Assembly (NCBI GenBank): GCA_964534135.1
Contig: CAZHQC010000002.1
Span: forward strand, 1 to 50,062
DNA length: 50,062 nt
Direction: 5' to 3'
DNA from: an uncultured Elusimicrobiaceae bacterium
GTDB taxonomy: Bacteria > Elusimicrobiota > Elusimicrobia > Elusimicrobiales > UBA9959
The notes under the pieces were generated by a model. That model was given only the letters and a program-made list of their open reading frames with translations, made no database searches and was not told the DNA's origin. Of the stretch, positions 25,901-33,475 are shown piece by piece. The translations under genes were made by a program, and so were the position numbers. Numbering within the stretch: position 1 is the stretch's first letter; every line of letters starts with the position of its first letter.

Positions 25901-28404
25901 CGATAACCGGCTCTTTTCAAATGTATTTATTTTATGGCTTGATTATTTTAAGTTTCGCCATTAATTGTTTGTTTTTGTTAAAGAAATTTTATGCTTTTTT
26001 CATGCAAAGCGATATTAAAAAAAGAATAATATCGATATCGGTTTTGCTTTTAATTTTTTCTTCAAGCATGGTTTTTTTTCCTTCTGTTACGGTTAGAGGC
26101 GGTTATGATAATAATCATGACGCAGAATATTTATCCCGAAGTTTTTTTGACGCCAAACAAATTAAGATGGTTATCGGATCGAAAGAAGCTTCTCCTTTAA
26201 TTACCGACGGTATAAGCGATATTATAAGTGGGTTTTCTCTGGAAACTATTTTAATAAAAAACAGGGTATTGGTATTTTTTTCGGCTTTGATTTTATTTGC
26301 GCTTTTGCTTAAGTTAAGGCTTGATTTTTCCGCCTGTATATTGGGCTTTGGACTTTTTTATTTTAATTTTCTCACTATTTTGAATGCTAATACATTCACT
26401 ACAACAAGTTCAAATGTGTTTTTCTTTCTCAGTTCACTTTTTGCTATTGTTTGTTTTCAGGCGGAAAAAAAGAATATAAAAACCAATATTATTTGGGTCT
26501 TAAGCGCTATGTTTTTGGTGCTTACAGCCAGATATGAACTTTTTATCGTCAGTCTTATGGGTTTTTTAACCGTGATAGGAATATATATTAAGGAATGGAA
26601 AGTCCGGCTTGATTTTTTTAAGGCACATCCTTTTTTTAGCGTCGGGTTGGCCGCATATGTTGTAATTTGTTTTCTGTGGCTTATTTCTTTGGCGGGTTCC
26701 ATTTCCTATAATGGTCCGGATATTGCCGATGCTTTAAATTTATTTGGAAATTTTAATTATCAACTGATTGAACGCAATGCGGCTTTTTTTATGGCGCAAG
26801 CGTCGCTGCTTATTTGGCTATTGCTCCTGCTTTCTTTTTTTGTAATTTTATTTAGGGGCTTAAGAGATAAAGAGAGGTTTTTTAGAAATTCAATTATAGG
26901 ATTTTTTCTTGTTTTTTGGATAATTTATTTTTCAATAATTTTTGTGCCATTGGACTTATACCCGCTTCATTTTATGCGGCATAGGTTTTATTTCCTTATT
27001 CCTTTTATTATTCTTTTTCCTTTTACCATGGATTCCGGAATATTTTTTTTAAAGACTAAGCGATGGGTTAAAATTATTAAGCCCTTAACGCTTATTATTT
27101 TGCTGATAGCTTATATTTCGTCAAATATTTTTACGGTTAAATCTTTGCAAAATGAAAGAAGGACAAATGATATTGAGCTGGAGTTTTTATCCAAGGCGCA
27201 AAGAGAATTGGCCAATAAATATACCGTTATTTATCCGGCTTTTGACAGCAAAGTTTTTTTATTGGAGAAGTATTTTCCATTTTCTGAGGATTGTTCGCGG
27301 ATTAAAGAAAGGCGTTATTTGAAATATGTTTCATCCGAGAAATTTATTATGAAAAGAAAGGGGCGTTTAATTCAGGAATATCATCCCTCCAAAATAAATT
27401 ATATAAGCGAAAAAGAAAAGCCGCTCTTTGGCTTGTCGTTTAAACATAAATTTTACACGATGTTTTCAGATAGAGAAAATCGCGCTGAAGTGCCGCTTGA
27501 AATAGGGTTTTATCGGGCTGATAGTTCTAAAGATAGGGCATGGATTTTAAATTCCAAGGGGCAGTGTAAGTTTAAAGGCGGTAATTTTAACGGAGCTCTG
27601 AAAGATTTTGAAGCTGCCGTTAAAATTGATCCGGGGTGTATTGTTTGCGCTTATAATGTCTGCGCCATTTGCGCTTTTCTTGATAGAGAAAAGGATGCTT
27701 TGCTCGCGCTTAAAAACAATATTGAATCCCGCAAGGCTTATGGAGCTCCGGCTTTTGAAAATGCTCTTATTCGCCTTGCCGCCGGAGAAAAAAAAGAGGC
27801 TAAGCGGCTTTTGGAAAGTTTTATGAAGGATGATATGGAAAAAAATCATCATCAAAATGAAGTTTTATTAAACATGGCGGGAATGTATTTGGATAAATTG
27901 AATAATTGGAGTTTGCGTGATGAGAAGTTTGAAATGGAAAATAAGAAAAATTGGGACAGGGAACACAGGAATTTGTCCGATGTGGCATATATAAAAGAAT
28001 CAAAGAAAATGCTGGCTAAAGGGATAAAGAAGTATGTGGCGGGCGATATTAAAGGAGCGAAATTGGATTTAAAAAAAGCCATAAGGATAAATTCCGCTAA
28101 TATCGAAGCTCAAATTACCATGTGTTCAATAAATTTATCTCAAAAAGATTTTAATGAAGCTCTGAAATATTGCGATATTGCCGCTAATATGGCGGAATTT
28201 CCCGCCAAACACGGCATAATTAATCCGATTATGTCGGCTGATATTTTGTTTTTACGCGCTGAAATATATGGCAATATGAAAAAATACAAAAAAGCATCGC
28301 TTGATTTGAAAAAAGCCTTAAAAAAAGCTCCGAAAAATTGGAAAGATTTTAAAAGAGCCGGAAAAAAATTAAAAAAAATTGAAAAGCTCGAATTGGGCGT
28401 TTAA
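25897..28404 (+). CDS. large polytopic membrane protein with a C-terminal TPR domain (possible GT-C-type transferase)
   Basis: About 12 hydrophobic segments in the first ~420 aa, then a soluble region with TPR-like repeats. The GT-C assignment is inferred only from topology and the upstream GT2 coupling. Confidence 0.5.
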   Translation: MTITGSFQMYLFYGLIILSFAINCLFLLKKFYAFFMQSDIKKRIISISVLLLIFSSSMVFFPSVTVRGGYDNNHDAEYLSRSFFDAKQIKMVIGSKEASPLITDGISDIISGFSLETILIKNRVLVFFSALILFALLLKLRLDFSACILGFGLFYFNFLTILNANTFTTTSSNVFFFLSSLFAIVCFQAEKKNIKTNIIWVLSAMFLVLTARYELFIVSLMGFLTVIGIYIKEWKVRLDFFKAHPFFSVGLAAYVVICFLWLISLAGSISYNGPDIADALNLFGNFNYQLIERNAAFFMAQASLLIWLLLLLSFFVILFRGLRDKERFFRNSIIGFFLVFWIIYFSIIFVPLDLYPLHFMRHRFYFLIPFIILFPFTMDSGIFFLKTKRWVKIIKPLTLIILLIAYISSNIFTVKSLQNERRTNDIELEFLSKAQRELANKYTVIYPAFDSKVFLLEKYFPFSEDCSRIKERRYLKYVSSEKFIMKRKGRLIQEYHPSKINYISEKEKPLFGLSFKHKFYTMFSDRENRAEVPLEIGFYRADSSKDRAWILNSKGQCKFKGGNFNGALKDFEAAVKIDPGCIVCAYNVCAICAFLDREKDALLALKNNIESRKAYGAPAFENALIRLAAGEKKEAKRLLESFMKDDMEKNHHQNEVLLNMAGMYLDKLNNWSLRDEKFEMENKKNWDREHRNLSDVAYIKESKKMLAKGIKKYVAGDIKGAKLDLKKAIRINSANIEAQITMCSINLSQKDFNEALKYCDIAANMAEFPAKHGIINPIMSADILFLRAEIYGNMKKYKKASLDLKKALKKAPKNWKDFKRAGKKLKKIEKLELGV

Positions 28405-28442
28405 AGTCCTTTTTTGAGGCGTTTAAAGCAGAGCTAAAGTTA

Positions 28443-28471
28443 TTGACAATATTGGTTTTTTATCCTAAACT
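28443..28471 (+). promoter_or_regulatory. sigma70-like promoter candidate
   Basis: TTGACA (28443-48), a 17-nt spacer, then TAAACT (28466-71), about 75 nt upstream of the ATG at 28545. Confidence 0.35.
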
Positions 28472-28544
28472 ATCCTATACGGCTGTAGGTACATTTCATT
28501 TTGTAATCTAAATGTGTCATTCTTGCTTGCGAGGGGGAGGTTTT

Positions 28545-29375
28545 ATGGAAAATGAAAGAATTTTAACTATTCAATTTCAATTGACAAAATCCAAAATACT
28601 GGTAATTTTGACAGCTTTATTTATTTGTTTTCATCCCAAAATTCTGGGCTCTGAACAATTAACTCTTACCACCTATTATCCATCCCCATATGGCGGCTAT
28701 GCCAAACTTCTCACTACAGACCAGACTGTATTGGCAAGAGACGATAACACAACCAGCAAAGTTGGTATTGGGACAGCGGCACCAGCAGGGAAACTACATG
28801 TAGCAGGGACAGGAAATGTTTTGTTCAACACATCGGGCAAGGTCGGTATAGGCACGACAAGTCCTGAAAGGGAGCTGCATGTTGCGGGCACTGGCAAGAT
28901 TAGAGTGGGGGCAGGCAGTGTCGCAACAAATGACACAAGAGGCGTTTATTGGCATAGCGGCGATGCTTATGGGATATATAGAGAAGCGGGCGCATGGACT
29001 CATCCTTACCCGGATCTTAGGATAGCGTTTCATACGGGAATAAGCCTTGGCGCCAATGCCAATTATAATGGCATAAGATTCTTTAGTGACTATAATATGG
29101 CGTCTCTCGTGATGTCAGTTAATGATCTCAGTACCGGCGGCGCAGGGAATGTTTATATGTCCGGCATACTTAAGGGATTGTGTAGAGAAGTAAGGTATAC
29201 TCTCGCGGGATCTTCTTCATTTTGCGGGGCAAATGAAAGAGTTTTTGCTCATTATGGAGACGGCGTTCCTAGAGTAACCGGTTTTTTGCCAAGGACTGGC
29301 TCTGACAATGTGGGAACATATATAGCCCTTGGTCAGGATTGGAACGGAACTATGTTATGTTGTAAGATTCAATAG
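28545..29375 (+). CDS. secreted Gly-rich protein with tail-fibre-like KVGIGT..P...LHVAG repeats
   Basis: I chose the ATG at 28545 (GGGGGAGG SD). Signal/TM segment ILVILTALFICF. Repeated SKVGIGTAAPAGKLHVAGTG and GKVGIGTTSPERELHVAGTG. The C-terminus is Cys-containing (..MLCCKIQ). GC content is visibly higher than the flanks. Confidence 0.55.
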   Translation: MENERILTIQFQLTKSKILVILTALFICFHPKILGSEQLTLTTYYPSPYGGYAKLLTTDQTVLARDDNTTSKVGIGTAAPAGKLHVAGTGNVLFNTSGKVGIGTTSPERELHVAGTGKIRVGAGSVATNDTRGVYWHSGDAYGIYREAGAWTHPYPDLRIAFHTGISLGANANYNGIRFFSDYNMASLVMSVNDLSTGGAGNVYMSGILKGLCREVRYTLAGSSSFCGANERVFAHYGDGVPRVTGFLPRTGSDNVGTYIALGQDWNGTMLCCKIQ

Positions 29376-29438
29376 AGTGGAAGTAGTAGGGATGGTTGGA
29401 AATTTCAGTGATTTAAAATTGCGCGAGGAGAGAAAAAA

Positions 29439-29918
29439 TTGAAACAGTCAAAAGAGAAAATTTCATTGAAATGCGATTTAAAAAAGTATTCTTTGGATGA
29501 TATGAGATATGCCGCTTATTCCGTTACCGACGAGGCGCATGTTTTGTTGAAGAAATTGAATTTGAAAACAATTGAGGTTTCTTTTAAGCGGAAAGGGAAA
29601 GTGTTTCTTGCAAAGACCGTAAAGCGGTTTGCTCAAGAGCTTAAAGATGAAAAGATTCGCGCGGGGATATTTAAAGAAAATTCGGAACTTAGAGAATTTT
29701 TGATTCTCAGCGCCTTAAACTATGAAGAGAAATCTGTGCCCAAAGAAGATTCGATGGGATTAACGCCCGAGCAAGAGAAAGAATTGGATAGTCTTATTAG
29801 TCAAGTTGAGGAGGAAATAAAGAAAGAGACCTCTTCTTCCAAAAAATCAGATCCATTAAAAATAAATCAGACCTGGGAAGAAAAAAATGAAGCTAAAGCT
29901 AAAAAACACAAAAAATAA
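29439..29918 (+). CDS. HxsD-like small protein, copy 1, with a charged C-terminal extension
   Basis: TTG start after a GAGGAGAG SD. It is homologous to 31472..31774: L..D...YS.......AAY.......A........IEV.FK......L...F..EL.D..IR....K.NS.....I...AL. It directly precedes and overlaps an HxsB-like gene. The HxsD assignment comes from context plus a weak match to the motif region I recall for that family. Confidence 0.45.
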   Translation: MKQSKEKISLKCDLKKYSLDDMRYAAYSVTDEAHVLLKKLNLKTIEVSFKRKGKVFLAKTVKRFAQELKDEKIRAGIFKENSELREFLILSALNYEEKSVPKEDSMGLTPEQEKELDSLISQVEEEIKKETSSSKKSDPLKINQTWEEKNEAKAKKHKK

Positions 29919-31344
29919 ATCGAAAGCCAAGGATCTCGTTTCTTGTGCTCGTTGGCGCAAAATTTCAGGGAAATATCTTTTGATTAATGATTTTGGTAAT
30001 TTTGAGTATCTTAAACCGACTGAATTCGATAAGTGGCTAAAATCCAAATTACCTGAAAAATCCAAGGTTTTTACAAGTTTGGCTGAAAAAGGTTTTATTA
30101 GAAATCGCATGGATTTTGATAATTTGTCATCAAAGTGGAGAAATGCGAATAGTTATCTTTTTGGCAGCGCGGGTTTGCATATTCTTGTCATGACATTAAG
30201 ATGTAATCACAGTTGTGTCTATTGTCAGTCAAGTGCGATTGATCCGTCCAAAAAAAAGACCGATATGTCATACAGGACAGCTAAGGCTAGTGTGGATTTT
30301 GCTTTTAAAAGTCCCAATCCTACAATCACAATAGAATTTCAAGGTGGAGAACCGCTTTTGAATTGGGATGTTCTAAAAAAAACAGTGACCTATGCCAAGG
30401 GTATGGAGAAAAAAACAAAAAAGAGTTTGATTCTCGCTTTGGTTTCCAATTTTTCTTTAATGACCGAAAAAAAGGCGAAATTTTTAATGGAGAATGAGGT
30501 TTCCATTTGTACTTCTTTGGACGGGCCTAAAAAAATTCATAATAAGAACAGAACATATCTTAAGGAAAGCTCCTATGATGTGACGGTTAAGTGGCTTAAA
30601 TATTTTAATGCCAAGCATGACAAACAAAATAAAAAATATAGAATATTCAAACCCAGCGCTCTTCTTACGGTTTCAAAAAATTCTCTTGCTTATGCAGAGA
30701 AGATAGTTAATGAATATGTCGCGCGGGGTTTGGAAGATATTTTTATAAGACCTTTGGCGCCCATAGGCTATGCCAAAAAATATTGGAATAGCATCGGTTA
30801 TTCAGCTGAGAATTTTATTTCTTTTTATAGAAAGTCCTTAAAACACATAATTAAGCTTAATGCCAAAAAAGTCATAAGAGAAAAAACCGCTATGATGATT
30901 TTGGATAAGGTTTTAAACGCGCATGATCCCGGCTATCTTGATATGAGATGTCCTTGCGGCGCTTCAATAGGGCAGATAGCTTATAATCATAATGGCGATT
31001 TATATACTTGCGATGAAGGAAGAATGATAGGTTGGACCGGTGATGATATATTTAAAACGGGTAATGTTTTTAAAGATTCATATTCGTCTATTATGAGCAG
31101 TCCGGTAACGAAAAGCTGTGTTTTGTCCTCAAATCTTGAACAACAACCTTTATGTTTCCGTTGCGCTTATAAGCCTTATTGTGGAGTTTGTCCGGTTTAT
31201 AATTATGAAACGCAAAATTCTCCCTGGGGCAATATGCCATCCAATGACAGGTGTAAACTATTTATGGGCATATTCGATACAATATTTGAATTACTTGATA
31301 AGCCCAAAGAGGCGGCTATTTTAAGTAAATGGGTGCAAAAATGA
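29887..31344 (+). CDS. hxsB: HxsB-like radical SAM/SPASM maturase, paralog 1
   Basis: CX3CX2C (RCNHSCVYCQ). IEFQGGEPLLNW SAM-binding block. SPASM-type Cys clusters CPCGASIGQIAYNHNGDLYTCDEGRM and CFRCAYKPYCGVCPVYNY. The ~100-aa N-terminal domain is shared with paralogs 2 and 3. Confidence 0.65.
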   Translation: MKLKLKNTKNKSKAKDLVSCARWRKISGKYLLINDFGNFEYLKPTEFDKWLKSKLPEKSKVFTSLAEKGFIRNRMDFDNLSSKWRNANSYLFGSAGLHILVMTLRCNHSCVYCQSSAIDPSKKKTDMSYRTAKASVDFAFKSPNPTITIEFQGGEPLLNWDVLKKTVTYAKGMEKKTKKSLILALVSNFSLMTEKKAKFLMENEVSICTSLDGPKKIHNKNRTYLKESSYDVTVKWLKYFNAKHDKQNKKYRIFKPSALLTVSKNSLAYAEKIVNEYVARGLEDIFIRPLAPIGYAKKYWNSIGYSAENFISFYRKSLKHIIKLNAKKVIREKTAMMILDKVLNAHDPGYLDMRCPCGASIGQIAYNHNGDLYTCDEGRMIGWTGDDIFKTGNVFKDSYSSIMSSPVTKSCVLSSNLEQQPLCFRCAYKPYCGVCPVYNYETQNSPWGNMPSNDRCKLFMGIFDTIFELLDKPKEAAILSKWVQK

Positions 31345-31471
31345 CTTTGTTCACCTGCTTATGTGTCAAAAGGTGTGTTTGATAGATAAAAGTTGGCAGG
31401 ACAATAATGAGAGAATGAAGTGTTGTTAAAAGTTTTAAAGAGCGGCTTATGATCGCTAAGGAGATTGTAAA

Positions 31472-31774
31472 GTGAAAAATACTGATAATGATGTAAGGAC
31501 GCTTGTTCTTGATGAAGAGATATATTCCAAAGAAGCTATAACCTTAGCAGCTTATATTTATTCGGAAAAGGCGGAGATAGGGCATAAGAAAAAAAGTGGC
31601 AAAGTTGAGATTAAATTTAAAGCAATTGAGTCGTCTAATGAAAATTTGGCGGATGATTTTGTCAATGAGATTTTAAATCAGCAGTGCAGAATAGATTTGA
31701 CTAAGAAAAACTCTAAGGTTTCTCAGATAATAACAACGAAAGCTTTATTATCAGCCGCGGGAGAGCGCATATAA
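31472..31774 (+). CDS. HxsD-like small protein, copy 2
   Basis: GTG start after an AAGGAG SD. 100 aa. It is homologous to the first ~95 aa of 29439..29918. Confidence 0.45.
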   Translation: MKNTDNDVRTLVLDEEIYSKEAITLAAYIYSEKAEIGHKKKSGKVEIKFKAIESSNENLADDFVNEILNQQCRIDLTKKNSKVSQIITTKALLSAAGERI

Positions 31775-31788
31775 GGGGTTGATGGTTT

Positions 31789-32916
31789 ATGAAAAAAGGT
31801 TTGATATTAATAACGGTTATTTTATTCGTTTTAATACTGGCATTGAGATATGTAGAGGAAAAAAGCGGAAGATCTGATAGAGACGGCGCTATAATTCAGA
31901 CTGAAAAAGGCGTTGAGGGTGTTTCTTTACCTAAAGGAAAGGACTCGGAGAATCTTATGCCTGAGTTGGAACCGGAAAGTTATGATGGCGGTTTAGTGTC
32001 ATATAATGACCCTCTTACTTTATCTGAAGGTGAAGAAAAATTGAAAAAAGCCTGTAAAAAGGGTTCTGTTAAGGACATCTTCATGGCGCATGGTCAAATT
32101 TGGGGATATGGCATAGCAAGCTCGAAAAGTTTTAACGGTGAAGAGAGTAAAACGATTTATGACCGTTTAGCTCAATATACTGCATGTAGGGCAGCGGCTA
32201 AGAGAAATGTTGATTATTGTAATAGGCTGCCCTCTGGATTAAAAGGTGTTCGGAATATTCCCGCGCGCCTGAGTTCGCAGCACGAATGCATTGATATTGC
32301 CAATAATGTTATTTTTTCCGATTTTATGGCCGGAAATATTAAAGATACATCTTCTTGTTTATTGCTTTTATCGGGTGATATGTTTAAAAATGTCCCAATT
32401 CCGAATGATATGTTTTGTAAGGCTGCGGGAACAGGGCTTGAAAATATTTGCGAATCTTTTAAAAAACTGGGCGTTAAAGGTACCGACAAAGATTTGCCTC
32501 CGTGCTATAAATTTTTTCCGCGTAAATTATCCGATTGTGCTTCAAATTCTTGCAGGCTTAGATATAAGATTTATCAGGGAATAAAAGACAAGAAACCAGA
32601 AAATTGTCCTGATGGCTATAAGAGCGTATGCAGCGCGTATCTTTCGAGATCTACAAAGTCTTGTGAGAAATTGGCATTGAGTCTTTCCAAGACCTATTGT
32701 AATTTTCTTAAGCGTGTTAATAAAGCGAGTGGCAATGCGCCCGGCATGAGTGATGATGAAATAAAACAACATGCTGCACAATTAGAAATGGAAGCAGCAG
32801 AGAAAAGACAGCGTGCAGAAGAAGAACGTCTTTTTGAGAAAAAACGTAAAAAAGAGGATGAGAAGGTAATCAAAGAGATTAATTCGAGAGTAAAAAAACT
32901 TTTGGGGAAAAAATAG
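31789..32916 (+). CDS. membrane-anchored or exported Cys-rich protein with a charged coiled-coil tail
   Basis: N-terminal hydrophobic helix GLILITVILFVLILAL. About 20 Cys are spread through the central domain. The C-terminus is EMEAAEKRQRAEEERLFEKKRKKEDEKVIKE. I recognise no family. Confidence 0.5.
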   Translation: MKKGLILITVILFVLILALRYVEEKSGRSDRDGAIIQTEKGVEGVSLPKGKDSENLMPELEPESYDGGLVSYNDPLTLSEGEEKLKKACKKGSVKDIFMAHGQIWGYGIASSKSFNGEESKTIYDRLAQYTACRAAAKRNVDYCNRLPSGLKGVRNIPARLSSQHECIDIANNVIFSDFMAGNIKDTSSCLLLLSGDMFKNVPIPNDMFCKAAGTGLENICESFKKLGVKGTDKDLPPCYKFFPRKLSDCASNSCRLRYKIYQGIKDKKPENCPDGYKSVCSAYLSRSTKSCEKLALSLSKTYCNFLKRVNKASGNAPGMSDDEIKQHAAQLEMEAAEKRQRAEEERLFEKKRKKEDEKVIKEINSRVKKLLGKK

Positions 32917-32924
32917 AGGTTTTT

Positions 32925-33290
32925 ATGAAGAAAAAAAATAAAATAGGTAAAAACATAAAAATGTTTTTGAATAGTGAAGAAGGCAAAATGCTTGATTCTG
33001 ATATAGTTAAGACCGGACTTGCTTTGGGTATTCTTGGAGGAGCCATAATGGATGCGAGTGTGGCCCATGGCGTGATTCATTCAAATTACTTTAGGTCCAC
33101 TTATCATGTAAGCCATCAAAGCCACGGTTCTCACGGTTCTCACGGTTCTCATGGCTCCCATGCTTCTCACGGCTCGCATAGTTCGCATGGTTCGCATGGT
33201 TCGCATGGTTCGCATGGTTCTCACGGCTCTCATGGTTCTCACGGCTCTCACGGCTCTCATGGCTCTCATGCCAGAGGCGGTTGGTGTTGA
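32925..33290 (+). CDS. hxsA: His-Xaa-Ser repeat precursor protein (HxsA-type)
   Basis: 121 aa. It has a basic N-terminus, FLNSEEG, a hydrophobic segment GLALGILGGAIM, then 18 uninterrupted H-x-S triplets (HVS HQS HGSx4 HAS HGS HSS HGSx9), ending HARGGWC. An AGAGG RBS precedes it. Confidence 0.8.
   Translation: MKKKNKIGKNIKMFLNSEEGKMLDSDIVKTGLALGILGGAIMDASVAHGVIHSNYFRSTYHVSHQSHGSHGSHGSHGSHASHGSHSSHGSHGSHGSHGSHGSHGSHGSHGSHGSHARGGWC
33105..33266 (+). repeat. 18 tandem 9-bp units (CAY-GGY-TCN) encoding the HxS array
   Basis: Read directly: cat/cac ggt/ggc tct/tcg/tcc units. A run of three identical catggttcg units occurs in the middle. Synonymous variation elsewhere argues for selection on the peptide rather than simple slippage. 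Confidence 0.9.
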
Positions 33291-33335
33291 TGAAATATGC
33301 GAACGCTTTTTGCAGTTAAGTGTTTTTTTTGTTTA

Positions 33336-33400
33336 AAATTCCGCTTAAGCCCTTTTTCATCATATAGTTGGGAAATGGCTTAAGCGGAATTTGTTTTCTT
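33336..33400 (+). terminator. strong hairpin (terminator or attenuator) after hxsA
   Basis: Perfect 16-bp inverted repeat aaattccgcttaagcc / ggcttaagcggaattt (33336-51 / 33377-92) followed by gttttctttatt. Confidence 0.6.
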
Positions 33401-33475
33401 TATTGAAGCGTTTAGAACTTTTTAAATTGCAGTATATCCATATTATTAGTCTTTATTACTCGGGAGTAAATTAAA

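Noticed and set aside
28545-29375. Prophage or tail-fibre gene, and hence a phage region
   Set aside because: Only the repeat motif is phage-like. No capsid, terminase, integrase or other tail genes flank it. I call it a secreted repeat protein.
29856-30110. Minus-strand 84-aa ORF across the HxsD-like/HxsB-like junction
   Set aside because: It is antisense to two well-supported coupled genes and low complexity (Phe/Ser/Lys-rich), so it is spurious.
33105-33266. Possible CRISPR array or non-coding microsatellite
   Set aside because: The units are 9 bp and contiguous with no spacers. They lie in frame within a well-initiated ORF, and synonymous codon variation preserves HxS. This is not CRISPR-like.
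33081-33336. ORFs 33081..33269 (-) (MRAMRAVRAVRTMR...) and 33151..33336 (+) (..VRMVRMVRMV..) over the hxsA repeat
   Set aside because: They are alternative-frame or antisense readings of the 9-bp periodic DNA. They have no RBS or start context. The HxS frame has the RBS, the leader and the operon context.
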